A stretch of 64,000 nucleotides of DNA, taken from Adineta vaga. Taxonomy: Eukaryota; Animalia; Rotifera. This document shows positions 38,926 to 52,517 of the stretch, one piece after another. The notes beneath the pieces were generated by a model. It saw nothing but the letters and a program-made list of their open reading frames with translations. It was not told where the DNA came from and ran no database searches. The position numbers were made by a program, and so were the translations under genes. The stretch is taken from positions 13,144,001 through 13,208,000 of the forward strand of contig CP075496.1 in NCBI GenBank assembly GCA_021613535.1. Direction: 5' to 3'. Within the stretch, counting starts at the first letter, position 1. The number at the start of each line of letters is the position of its first letter.

Positions 38926-41900
38926 TTATTTCACTGATTGATTGATTGATTCTACATCTACTAAAGGTTCATTCATTTTCGATGAATATTCATCATCATC
39001 ATATTCAAGTGGGAAACGTGCTTCATCTTCAAGATCGGATTGATTACCAAGATTATGATGTCCTAATTCTTCTTCATCTTCATCGATATCTTGATTATCA
39101 ACCGATGGTACTTCAGGTATTGAATGTATTAATGGAATCGTTGTTTGTTGTGAAGTATAGTTTTCATCATTGAAAGAATTCGTTGTTGATGATGGATAAA
39201 GTATCTGTTGACGGTATGCTTGTCGAAGAAGTATTCGTTGATGTTCGTCACTAGAACTATTCGTTGTTGTACCATCGAGAGGAAGTGTGGTAGGTTTCTT
39301 TTTTAAAGGTGGTGCTTTCGTTCGTTGAAAAAAGCCAAGCTAAAGAAAATAAGAAGAAGATGATCAGTATTGTTCTTATCAAGATACTTTGAATAAAAGT
39401 AAAAACAATAACACGGCAAAAAACACAACGAGCAATTATACCCGTGAGAAACTGAAGAAAGAGAAGATTCAAAGTAGAGGAGACGATGGTGGTCGTCTAC
39501 GTTTAAAAAAGCCGATCTAGAGTTGAGAAGATGAACAAAATTTTCTTATTTGTTACTTTAATTAAAGAAAAAAAGAAAAACGTATGTGTCATAAAAGTTA
39601 AACTTACTAAACAACAGACAATAACGATAAAAACAAGAAGAATAAGACCAGCCATTGCTCCAACTAATGGTACCCAAAGTGGTAAACGTGGTACAATAAT
39701 TTTATCTGATCGATTCGCAAATTCTACAGGTGTTGTTGCCTTAATGAAAGCAAAAGATAAACACAATCATTATTTTCTGTTTAAATTACAAAACGATTTA
39801 CTTACAGAAGCATTATCATTATCTGTTGATGTTTGATGAATAAGTAAATCATTGATATGTATTGATGCAAATGATTGAATATCAATTCGATCATATTTAT
39901 CAATATATTCTTCAATCAATGTACTATTCCATAATCGAGCACGAAGTTTAATGAAATAATAATTCTGTGCTGAAAGACTATTAATATGACAATAGATCGG
40001 ATAACAACGAACATTTTGATAAGCTGGATCACATGATAATGTTAATGAACGTATGACGGATGATACTGATGATGTTATTGTTGCCGCTAATGATGCTTTT
40101 GAATCCAATCCATTTTCAGAATTTGAATCATCACGACGTTTACGATTATGAATCGATGTTCGATTAAGTGTATCGAGTATATGAATATGATCACGCCATT
40201 GTGGCCAACGTTCACAATGACCATCAATCTTTGTACCACTGTTTGATAAACTCGATGAAATTTCTAGAATAGGTTCATCCACAAGATAAAGTAAGATTTT
40301 CCCATGATCCCATGTACTATCTAAGGTTTCATATGGCCAAAAAATTGTAACATTATGAGAACGAACACTATTTGGACCACTATTAATGATCTAAAGAAAC
40401 CAGAGGAGAATTTAATTTCGAAATTTTTGGAAAATCTTACTGTATAAATATGTGTTACTTCCATTCCAAATTGATCAATAGATTTAATTGAACTTAATCC
40501 AACAGTTCCATCTCCAGTCAATGAAATTTGTTCTGGTTCATGTGCCGCTCGTAAACTTAAATCTGTTTTTAATAAAACTTTTGCTGTTAATGTAACATTA
40601 TTATTATCCAAATTTGTTTCATTGGTTAATGTTGTTGATTGAAAATCAAAACGTAAAATATTACTCAATGAAACATTTGATAATGTAAAAACAAGTTCAA
40701 TTATCGAAATTTTTTCTGGTGGAAATGGATTATTGAAAAAATCTGTCATTTTACATCGAACATGATTAGGATGTATAGGTTGACAAGAATAACTTTTATC
40801 ATCCTAGGAGAAGAAAAGAAATGAAAAACAAAATAAAACAATGAAAGAACTGAACTGAATACATACAGTAAGTGCTTGTGAATATTGTACAAATGATGTG
40901 GGAAAGTAAACATCAATCTTTGTTCCAAATGCTGGATCAGCTTGTCGACGATTGGGTTCAGATGGAACATTGGATAGAACAAGTCGAATACGAATTTCCG
41001 AATCAAAACCAAGTACAGGAAGATTTGATGTTCTAGAAATGAGAAAAAAAACATTGTTTAAAGAAAATGAATTTATGTAAAAGTATATTCATGTGATGGA
41101 AAAAGCATTAGGCGTGAAATCTTACGAATCGTTGTGAGAAATGATACTTTCAAAAGATGAACAAATCACAAATTATTGTTGTTTTTGTTTTTTAGGGTTT
41201 TCAAAGAAAAAAAGTTACTTACTTTTGTCCATTCACGAATTCTGCAGTTAATTGAAGATCAGTAACACATCGATCATCATTACCACATCCTTTATAAAAA
41301 TTTGCCTAGATTGAAAAGAAAATTCAATGAAACTATATTTATTAATAGAATAAATCGATTCTTACTTGAAATTCTTTGGTTCGTTCCTCTTCAGTTCCAT
41401 TAATCATCGGTAGACCACCATCGGAAAAGAATGCTTTCGTTCGAAGTTCATTTCGATCTTGTGAAATATTATAAACCAATGAAAAATGAATAGGTGTTAG
41501 ATAATCATCATTTCCACTCTAAAGATTCAATATAAAAAAATGATTCAATTATCACATCACTATAGTTTCATATTACAATAATCAATTAACTACACACGTC
41601 TTCAAACTAGTTCATATCCTTGAATGCTTTACAACATAAGATCAAATTTCTCTATGAGAGAATTGATATTGTCAAAATTAATTGATTGAAAAGAATTTGT
41701 TTAGTTTTTCTTTCTAACCAAAGATTAACAAAATATAACAAACCTTCGTAATAAATGTTTGCTTTTCACAAGTATTTAAAGCTTGTTTATTCGTCATTGA
41801 TGGTAAATGATTTATATTCGAGAGAATTCTTCCAATATTTGATAAATCATCTGCAGTTAATGTATAAACAATAATTATATTTTGTACTAATGTATCTTCA

Positions 41901-44156
41901 GATTTAAAACATAATTGAACATCAAAACTAAAGTAAAACAAAAGGAATATTATTTGTAAAGAAAGAGTATGTTCAACGAACCAAACAACAGGTGTTCCAT
42001 CGATAGTTTTACAACGACGATTTTCAGCACTATAACGAATTGATTGTAATTCTATCATATTTTCAATTTGAACTTTAACATTTATTAAAGGATGAGACCT
42101 GAAAACAAAAAAAATAAGATATTATTATGAAATTGAATTATTAAACGATTAACCTTAAATTAATAATCATATCCGCTTTAGGAATGCCAATAATTAAGGA
42201 AGGATAATTAACTAAAATGGTAGAATTTGAAGCTACTGTAGTTGATGATGAAGATGTAAGTGGATAATTAAATGGAGATTGTGTAGCTAATGAAAAGCCA
42301 AAATCATTGATTATGATAGTTTCTTTCATATTCATTAAAAATTGACTTGGTACAATTTTTTGTGTATATTTGTTTAATTTACTAGTTCGAGAACCAAGAT
42401 AGATATAAACACTTCCTGTATGTAAATTATCTTCTTCACTAGGTGCAGAGATGGCTAGATCTAAAAGTTCGCATTGAATAAAAAATTCCAAAGAATTTGT
42501 TTTTGTACAACTTACCATCAATTCCATCTCTATTTAGATCAGGTATACAAACAACAGCAAAACCAAAACGTGAATGAGCTACGGGTCCAAACAATACCTC
42601 ACGGCGATCATTTGAAAACTAAAATAACAATAACAACAACAAAAGAAAAGGATCAATGATCTTTTGTTCTTCTCTTTTGAGTCTTTACCTTTCCATTTAA
42701 TCCGTAATAGATATAAACTGCACCACCATAGGAAGGCTTTTTTGAATAATAAAATGGTGCGCTAACAACTAAATCTGTATGTCCATCACCATTTAAATCC
42801 CCGGCAGTCATTGTATGGCCAAAATAACTTCCTGTTTGTTCACCAATTAACATTAATGGTAAAGATCGATTATTATTGAATTGAAAGATCGGTTGTAATG
42901 TATCATATCCAAATGTGTTTGATTTTACAAAACGTTTAGTAAAAAAACGTATTTCACCTCGACCATTGGATGCACGTGGTGCAGATGCAATAAATATATA
43001 TGATTTATCATTGATATCTCGACTTTTACTTTTAATAATCAATACAGAATAACCTATTTGGTAAAAAAAAATAAATATTTCAAAGAAAATTTCAAGACGA
43101 AATTATGATCTACCAAGATAACTGTATGGTAATGGTGTTGCAGATATAGATTTAAATCCATATAATTGTCGAAGAAGTGTATCAGAATAATCAGCCTCGA
43201 TACGACCAGACCATTGAAAAGCGCCTGGTTCACCAAATGCAATAATATCCGATCTCTAGAAACAAATGAGAAATATTTTCTTCTCTTCTAATCAAAAGAA
43301 AAAATATCTTACTCCTCCTCCAACTGGTATATAAGCTAAACTAAGACCACTTTGACAAAGCGCACTTCCTTCATGTAATAATTCGGTTTCAGAACTTTGT
43401 TCACAAAAATCATAATATGAAACATCACGCTAAAATATACAATATAAGTAATCAAATCAGAAATGACTTCTTCTATCAATGTTATTTACACGATCCGATG
43501 AAATTTTAAAGCAAGCACCACGACTGTCGTATCGATCTATACTAATATTACGCATTAAACGATAGCCACATGTCTTTGCAAATGAAAAGAAAAACATAAT
43601 GATTCATATTTTCGATAAAATGCTTTTTAATCACGTACAACAAGTGAATCATCGGATGTTGCGATGAGTGATGAACCAAGCCAAGCATCATCAAGTACAT
43701 TATAAAACGAAGGCATTGCTCCCGATAATTCATCTTATAAAAACAAAACGCTACAAAATCGTAATTAAAATCATTCATTCATAATTTACTTTCAATAAGC
43801 ATTGCTCGACATTCATTTGTTCCATTTCGACATTCGAAAATATTTCCGAATAAACGATCATTTGGTATTGTATCGGTACCATTTGACAGATTTAAAGTCG
43901 ATCGTTGTCGTGCAAGTAATGCTCGAGGTGCACCAACATAAGTCCTTTGAAAAGTAAAATGAAAGAATTGATGAAGAATAATGTTATTTTTATAGACATA
44001 CCATTGTTGTTTTGTTGATGATGATACCACAGCAAAACCAAAAAGAGAATTCGATGGACCTGTACGAATATCAGGAGAAATAATGTCAAGATTGAACATT
44101 TCAAACACCGGTATATTGGAAAAGATGAGTAAAATGAAGAAAAATATGTCAAACAT
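38926..44156 (-). CDS. Integrin alpha subunit, multi-exon, with two alternative cytoplasmic exons
   Basis: Signal peptide then FNLD; FG-GAP repeats (YVGAPRA, GDLNGDGHTDLVVSAP, DLAISAP); CGNDDRCVTDLQL; furin site RKRR; TM LWVPLVGAMAGLILLVFIVIVCCL; GFFKR and GFFQR exons. Confidence 0.92.
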
Positions 44157-46471
44157 CTTTAAAGCTTTTGTATAATGGAGCAAAAATCAATATTAATTCG
44201 ATTATTCTTCATTCACATATTCACTGTTGAAAATAATCGGACGAACGAAGCGAGGAGGAGAAAAAAAATCTGACAAGCGAAGACGCGATTGAATCATTAA
44301 CATGCTACTGGCCTTGTATTCATCGATTATGATTGGTTAGATCAGATAACCATTTTATATCTAAAAAGAAAAGATCTTCTCTATATAGATGTCGCAAAGA
44401 TTGAGTTAGTTTAATGCAAAAAGAAAAAGACAATGAAATACAATCTGAAATTTTAACGTCACTGAATCTATTTATTTGTCAATGCATTAAGAAAATGTAC
44501 ATTTTGTTCGAGAGAAGAATTGTATTTCTTCTTTTCTGTTACATAAGAGGACAATTGAAATTATTTTATGATTAGAAGAAAGAGAATATTAACTCTTTCT
44601 ATGCATTAAATCTGCATAATGATGTACAAAAAAAAAAGATGAATGTCTCTCATAGAATAACATCATCGAAGGATGAAACTGTGTAATAAATCCTTGTCAT
44701 TGTGCGCGAAGATTTCTTTCCGGCTATTATCATTTGTTTGGAATAACGTTATGCTAATTCTATAGTTCATAATAGGATAAAAATGAGTAATTTTCTTCGG
44801 GCAAACATTCATTAGACAGAACCTTTTTTTTCTCACTTGTATATTATATCATGCACTTCATCAAACATGCATTGATACATACAATCAACTAATATTGTTT
44901 GATTTGACTTTCTTTCAGGTCAAGATCAAAGATAATATTACCAGATATGAGACATATTGCTTCTTTATCTGGTATAAATCATTGTTCATTTTTCTGTATT
45001 TCTAAATCAGAATATCATCTAGAAGATTATCATCATCATCTGTTCAGATGTATTATGATCATATAATCAAAAGAAAAAAGAAATGTTTACTATCTTTTTC
45101 GGTACAGTTAGGCAATAAGATGAACAAAAGGTTGACTAAATGTTATATTTAATAGAAACGATATAAACAGGGAAATGAACTGAACGTTGATTAGTGTAAA
45201 CAAAATTAATTTACCAGTACATCTTTAGCTATTTATCGTCGCTGGTATTGATAGTTTTGATTAATAAATTTACTTGTTCGATGTCAAACTATTAATAGAA
45301 CAAAGTTATTTAAAAAGATAATTATTTTTTCATACTTTCGATGTTTGAAAGTAAATGTTATTATTTTCCTACCCTTTATATAAATGGCAATTCAATATGT
45401 GCACTTCTAATAGAAAATCTAAAATGGAAGAGAAATCAACATAGATTATTCTCCATTTTGTCATTTTGATTGGTTTAATTTCTTTTTCTTAAAAGAATTG
45501 AAATCAACTGTGTATGTTTGAAAAGATTTCATGCATTAGGTCATTGTGCAATTATTTTCAGCTTCAATTATTTCTCATACATAGACAGTCATCCGGAAAT
45601 CTTTGTCTTTTACATTTTTAAAGTCATATAGTGAATATTTTTATAACAATTAGATCATGATTGAAAATATATGTGTTGAAACAATTAAGCAAGGAAATGT
45701 AGTTGGTTTGTTTGTATGTAAACATGTTGATAGACATGAAGTGCAGTTTTGAATTTCATATTTTAACACTATATAATGGCAACAAACTGATGAATTACGA
45801 AAGATAACAGCGAACTATTTTGTTCTCCTGTATTGAATGCAAATACACCCTGGAATTTGTATGTAGAAGGGTACACTCTCTTTTTTCACTCTTCTAGATA
45901 TTCATTCAGTTGAAAAATAATGAAGAAAAAGATTTTTTCGTCTTTTTTCTCTTTAGAGGCTTTTGTTTGTAGAGATGAGAAGACATTGGATCTATTTTTA
46001 TGATTTTTTTTCGAAGTTTTCGTCTAAGTGTAAGACCATGAGAACAAAGTCGAACACGTAGACAATGATGGTGGTTAGCTGCATTAGATAGGACACGTAT
46101 ACGTAAATCTATTGAATCAAGCAAGACGAAAAAGTTACCTTGAATTTAAAAGATGGGAGAAAAAAGAGATAGAAGGTTACAGTACCATCCTCAACAATAA
46201 GACGGAACGAAGAAGTGGAAGCGAAAGGGAGAGAAAAAAGAGTGAAAAAGGCGAATCGAGAAGGATTTCGTTTCATCTACAACTCGTTTTGGCATCACGG
46301 AAGAAAAATGAGATAAGCGAGATAAAAAAGCATCGTACAAAAAGACGCGTCCCAATTTCATTTGCGCTATAGACAAACTTTCTAACTCTCTCCGAATACT
46401 CGAAGATTATATGAAAGTTTATTTTTCATACATGTATAGTCAGTTGTAAAACTTTTTTCTTCGTTTTTAGA

Positions 46472-47622
46472 ATGAAATTCACTGCTGTGTGCATTGCTTT
46501 ATTAGCGACTATTTATGTCGTCAGTTCTCGAGTACTCAGTGAAACTGATCTACTCCAACGATTAAATAAACGTCAAGCTTACAATGGTAAGAATTAGTTG
46601 AAATAATCGATTGAAAACATTTTCTTTCGATCATCTAGATCCAAATTGTAATCCTCGAGCATGTGCTGTACCTAATTGTGGCAATGATTTTGTTGCAGTA
46701 ACACTTCCAGGTGAATGTTGTGAACGCTGCGTACCATGGGAATATGCTCGTAATGCCGGACTTCAATTCAATCAACCTGCACAAGCAGTACAAGATTATC
46801 GCAATCCTCAATCTCAACAAGATCCGTATAATCAACAAAATAGTGTTGATGTTTACATCTATGGACCTGATGATGGTGCTCGTGTATCAAATGGACAAAG
46901 TATTTATTTCGATTGTGAAGTCATTGCACCTTATAATCAACAAGCTCAACCACGTTGGACACGAAGTGGTAACCAAGTAAATAAAAAATACTGCATAGAA
47001 ATAGATAGGTTTTTTTCTAAATATTCGATGATTTATTCTAGCCATTACCATACAAAACACAAAGTACAGTTCTTTCCGGTAATCGCAAACTTGCACGTCT
47101 TACCATTCCTGATGCTACTCAAGCTGATGCTGGACGATACGAATGTAGTGCTGGAACAGGCAATCCAAGAGATCAAGCATCCATTGATTTACAAGTTAGT
47201 TTTTCCTCTTATTATAACTTATTTATTCTTGTTTTTCTTCTGTGATTGATGTGTTTTAGGTAACAGATGGTGGCTACTATCCTCGACCACAACCCCAACC
47301 CCAACCACAACCTCCACGTTATGACCCATACAATCAATATCCTTACAATCAACCAGATCAATATCCACCAAATCCACAACCTCAACCCGCACCTCGTCCA
47401 CAACCACAACCACAACCACAACCACAGCCACAGCCTCAACCAGATGCTGGCAATCAAGGTGAAGATGAAGGAGACGAAGGTGAAGGTGAAGGTGAAGGCG
47501 AAGAAGATGGAGAACCAGCACCAGGCGACCAAAACGCAAACAAACCAGGCACTGACTCAAACTCAAAAGATGGTGCAGATGAGGGCGAATATCCAGAAGA
47601 TTATGGTGCTGATAACGAATAA
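46472..47622 (+). CDS. Secreted protein: Cys-rich VWC-like motif, one Ig domain, (PQ)n/Tyr-rich region, acidic Gly/Glu tail; 4 exons
   Basis: MKFTAVCIALL...NKR/QAYN; CNPRACAVPNC...PGECCERC; Ig FDCEV..PRW...DAGRYECSA; PQPQPQ; GEDEGDEGEGEGE; TAA 47620-47622. Confidence 0.8.
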
Positions 47623-49953
47623 ACAACACAATACGATTATAGCCATAGAAACTGTTCAGCAGTCAAGCGAACTCTATTTTCAAATTCACGTTATAGCAAT
47701 AATAGCCTAGGATTTTTTCTTATTTCTTATCTAATACAGTTTTGATATAATAAACATCCCATTTGCATCATCTCTTATTTTTCTCAATTTACTAATCAAC
47801 TGACTACTACTACGATGAATAAAGAATCATAAGTACGTGCATTCATAGACTACAATCTATCAATCGATATTTTGCCAATAGTTAAGATTGTTTTTATGTA
47901 ATTGAATATTAACAATTGATCGATAAATCAAATCGTTACAGATACACATTTCTTTTGGTAATTCAATCTATGTTCTAATAATAGTTTTACATTGATAAAA
48001 GTACACAAAATACTACTAGATTTTCAACTGATTGATATGTAACCGCATTTAATGCAGTAATCGTATTGTTTGTATTACCATAGAATAAAAACGTATACTC
48101 TACGATAATAATTTACATTTGATTTAGTTGTTTCATGATAGAGACGATTGTTTTCGAGTAAGCTGTACTGATTATAACATGCAGAGTTCTAGCAGCATAC
48201 AAATAAGTATTACTCGATTTATTTGTTTGTATTCTTTTGACGAATATTCAATTGAATAAGATATTCAAACTGAAATCGAAATATGTCATAGTATAATATA
48301 ATTTTTAGAACGCTTTTAACAAAGTTAAAATCTACTTATGATTGGTCCTGTAAATCAAAGTAACACTTGAATTTTCTTATCATAAATATGTGATAAGACG
48401 CACAAACGTTTTTTGTATATTCATCAAATAAGAAAAACGATTTTTTTTTGATGACCTGTATGTTATTAAACAACAAGAATAACTTTATAATACAATGATT
48501 CATAAGCAACTTTTTCTTCGGTTTAAAGAAACTTTTTTGATGACTAATAAAGAATTTACTCATTTTTCTCAGTCATCATTTGCCCTGAATATATGTTCTG
48601 TTTCTACAAAGAAATCGATTAGCAATAAAAATTACTAATTCACCTTCAAGTCGATGCGAATAATACCATATTACTCATTCATTCAAAGCACCTTTGTTCT
48701 TGGTTATGCGTTGATGGCACACATACATTTATTGAATTAATCAAAATGCGGTTTTTTTCTGAAATCAATCCTTCTTTTCGAAAAATCTGTCAGGTATAAA
48801 CAAAGCACTTCTGTCTTTTTTTTTCAACTACCTTTTTGCATATGCTGAAGTAACATAATAATCTTTTATTTTTCTGCTTCTTCCGTTAGAATGAAAATAA
48901 CTTGTCAATGTACTTTTTTCTTACTGGTACCTTTTGAAATAGTTAATAATATCGACAAGTCTTTTTTTCTATCGTCGAATCAATCGAATATCTATATATT
49001 TGGTGCTTGAAAACGAATTGATTTTGTCCTTCAACAAGCAGAACACTATAGAAAAATGATAGTTTGCAATGATGGGTTGTAGGTTGATGATATGTATGCT
49101 TTTTACGTATCGTCGTACGTCAAGGAGGACAAATAGAAACGAGGGAAAGCGAATGATTGAAAGTACATCGTTTGCGAAAAAAAATTCCATTAACATTATG
49201 CGTAATGAAACAGAACAACGTATTTCATCATTTTGTATTTAAGTATAGACAGGTATATACGTCGAAACAGAATGAGACAAGGTATAAATGTTGACCTCTA
49301 GTTCACGGGAGACGAACGAAAGACAGATGACAGGTTTAGTTGTTGAACATAATTCACGTCAAGAAGTAGACAGACATACAGAGAAATAATAAGAGAAAAG
49401 GAGAGAGAGAGAAAAGTCGAGACAACTAACATCGATTTCATCGTCTATACCGACTACTACTGAATGGACAATCGGTAGACGGATGACCAAATTTAACGTG
49501 ATTATTAATAAAAGGGTGCAGAGAGTTTTGTAGAAGAAGAGGAAAGAAAAAGAAAGCCGAGGGAGAAAAAGAAAAAAGAACTGGAAGAACTGTCGACATA
49601 CTGAAGGATAGTAAATGAAGAAATTGAAAGAGAAAAAGCATAAAAAGAGACATAAGAGAAAAGTTTATGCGAATGTATAACACATCTCGTAGTTCCTTTC
49701 ACTTCTACCGTTCGTCGTCGTCATCATCATCATCATCCTTTTTATGTTTGTCATTACTGTTCAAATAGAAAGAAAAGAAGAAGAAGAAAAAAAGAAAGAA
49801 ATTCGAACATTTTGATCATCAAAGTTTTTTCGTCCCTACCTCTTTCTCTCGCATTTTAACACTTTTGCATAATTTGTGTCGATATGTATCGAAGCTGACT
49901 TAACATTTCGATTCATTTTTTTTAGATTTCATACTTTTGATAAGCACCAAGAA

Positions 49954-51158
49954 ATGAGTGCATTCTGGAAAACGATTCTAACCATCTTTTTATTGTATGT
50001 TATAGGTAAGTGCTAGAATTTATTACTGCTTAAAGCATATCTTGCTAGTAGAGTAGGTGTCGAAGAAGTTCTTTACCTTGGAAATGTATGAGTTTTTTGT
50101 GAATAGTTAAAGAAGACTTCTTTCTTTTTTTTAGTAGTAAATTAGAACGTCTCGATTGATTTGATTTGATTTAAGATTAAAAGATAAAACAACTGATAAT
50201 CTTTGAATTCAGAATGTCTCAGTAAAAATGACCTTCATATAAGATGAAACAGATGAAACTAAAGGTTAGAACGAAATGAGTAAAAACAACAGATTGACGA
50301 TGACCTTTATTTTTATGCGATCAAAAAGTTTGATTATAAAAATTCTTTATTAACAGAATATGTTAAACTATACCATTAAAAAAATATTGAAATAAATGGT
50401 ATGCAAATGATGGATGATTATTGACGTTTTTTTTTTCTTACTGTATTTTAAGTGATCGATGCCAATCGAGCTCGTCGTCGACGACAAACGGGATTAAATT
50501 CACAGTCGGTTAATCCAAATGTTCCTTCAAATACAATGAATGCTGGAACGGATGCTCGCCAGCAACAACTTCCACCAAATGCACAAATATTAAATGCTCA
50601 AGGTCAACAGCAACTTACTCAAGGTGGTATTGGAGTACCAAGAGATGTAAATCTAGCACAAGGTCAAGCTGGACGACAATACTATCCAAACCAAAATCAA
50701 CAATATAATTATGGAAGCCAAGGTGCAGGCTATAATGCATATGGTAATACCGGTTACGGTAATCAATATGGTGCAGGACAGTGTAAGTAACAAGACAAAT
50801 AGGTTCATCGATCCTCTATTTGATAATTTGTTTTTTAGCTGGACAATATGGCCAAGGTATGGGTCAGTATGGCCAAGGCATGAGCCAATATGGTCAGGGT
50901 ATGGGCCAATATGGTCAAGGTATGGGTCAATATGGTAGTTTCTATCAAAATCAAAATCAAAATCCAAGTTATGGAAGTTCCTATTCAGGATCCTTTGGTA
51001 GTAATTATAATCGTCCGGGTTATCAATCGAACTATCCAAATTCTGGAAGTAATTATGGTGGCTACTATTGGAATGCTAGTGAAAAGCAAATTGTTAATAG
51101 ATTTCTTGTTTTTCTTTCTTCTTTACTTGCTTTAAGTATTTGTCTGATTACTATTTGA
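49954..51158 (+). CDS. Secreted, probably GPI-anchored Gln/Gly/Tyr/Asn-rich low-complexity protein; 3 coding exons
   Basis: Signal MSAFWKTILTIFLLYVIVIDA; RRRRQ; GQYGQGM heptads; C-terminal WNAS + spacer + hydrophobic tail. Confidence 0.8.
50841..50936 (+). repeat. 21-bp coding tandem repeat (GQYGQGM x ~4.5)
   Basis: ggacaatatggccaaggtatg-like unit repeated with synonymous variation. Confidence 0.85.
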
Positions 51159-52047
51159 ATTCTTTAAGAAAAACAAAATTTTCAAAGACAAATAAGAACA
51201 ATTAGAAAAAAATCAGAAGAGTGTTTTCATTTTTTTTCATTATTGGTCAACTTGAATGGTCATATACTCATTTCTTTTCTCGTTTTATTGTAAATATAAC
51301 CATTCATGTTTGTTTTGCTCATTCTTTCTGATTGTATACTCACACGTTTATTGAAAAACAATACTTTTTTTTCCTCACCTAAATGCTTCATTGTTATTCG
51401 TTTTTCTTCTTTTTGTATACAATTATCTTTACTTTTCATTTGAAAAAATAAACTCAATGAGTTATCAGAACACACAAATCAGTCAACATCGAACGAACAA
51501 CAATGGATTAATTTTTGTACAATACTAAATACCGACGGCTGAACAAACAAGTTTGTTACGTTAGTAAATAATCTATAGAATACAAAATGATCAATATCCC
51601 TTATTAACATGATTCTCTGGAAATTGAATAGAAGGAAAAAATGGATAAAGATATTTTTAGGTACACTCATCAGTATCTTCAGGCATGATTTTACTGCTAA
51701 ATAAGTATCTGATGCCCTTTAGATATGCAGTAAAACATTTGATAAAAATTTATTATGTTGAATAATCAATTGATAGAAGTTGATTATTTTTTTCACACGA
51801 TCTTTTCAAAAGACAATATAATTATTCAAATAAATATATCAACAACAAAATGATCTGAAAGAATTCTTTTATGATGTGATATACATTTTCATAGTTATCA
51901 GAAAAAGAAACTCTTGTGACATTAAGATAAAGAAAAAAATGCAAATAAATTGAATCGTTTTAGAAACTATTAGTTTTATTTCGATAGAACTACAGAACTA
52001 CATATAATTAATAAATATCTGTGATAATTCAAATAAGTTTTTATGAA

Positions 52048-52517
52048 TTAACAATTCATACTTGTCCATCGAGGATGTGCTGTTGTACCCCAAATATCAA
52101 AACAACGTTTATCTTGAGGATTCATTTCTTGACGAAAGATTTCTTTCCATGCCCAACCAAAAAATGGATAAAATATAAATCGTTCTACTCGAACACGAGC
52201 TGTAACAGCATTCCGCGGCACATCAAGAACTCTTGTTCGTCCTATTGGATAACTTCCTGAGGAAGTTGTTTCTTGAAATAATCGTATAGGTAAATATAAA
52301 TTTGAAATTAAATTTCCTGTCGAAGAATGAAGTACATGATAATCAACATGAAATCGTGCAACATAACCACCTTTATTTCGTACTCGAATCCATCCTTTAA
52401 CTACAATGCATTCATACACACATTATTCTTAGTAGGAAAAGAAAAGTCAATTCAGTGCTTACTCGAAGAAATTATTGTGAAAAATATTAAAATCACTAGA
52501 TAAGAATGTATCTTCAT
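52048..52517 (-). CDS. Secreted stand-alone thiol-activated (cholesterol-dependent) cytolysin C-terminal domain (D4-like); 2 exons
   Basis: Exon 1 MKIHSYLVILIFFTIISS (52517-52463); ~60-nt intron GTAAGC...CATTGTAG; then IKGWIRVRNKGGYVARFHVDY...VPRNAVTARVRVE...WAWKEI...FDIWGTTAHP, compared with CDC D4 HSGAYVAQF...NARNIRIK...WEWWR...IWGTTLYP. Confidence 0.8.

Noticed and set aside
47212-47710. HN-, LW- and V-repeat ORFs
   Set aside because: Off-frame or antisense readings of the (PQ)n exon, whose frame is fixed by the splice phase.
52423-52428. Apparent in-frame TAA making the CDC-D4 gene a pseudogene
   Set aside because: It needs an implausibly short 35-nt intron; the downstream CATTGTAG acceptor gives a typical ~60-nt intron and an open frame.
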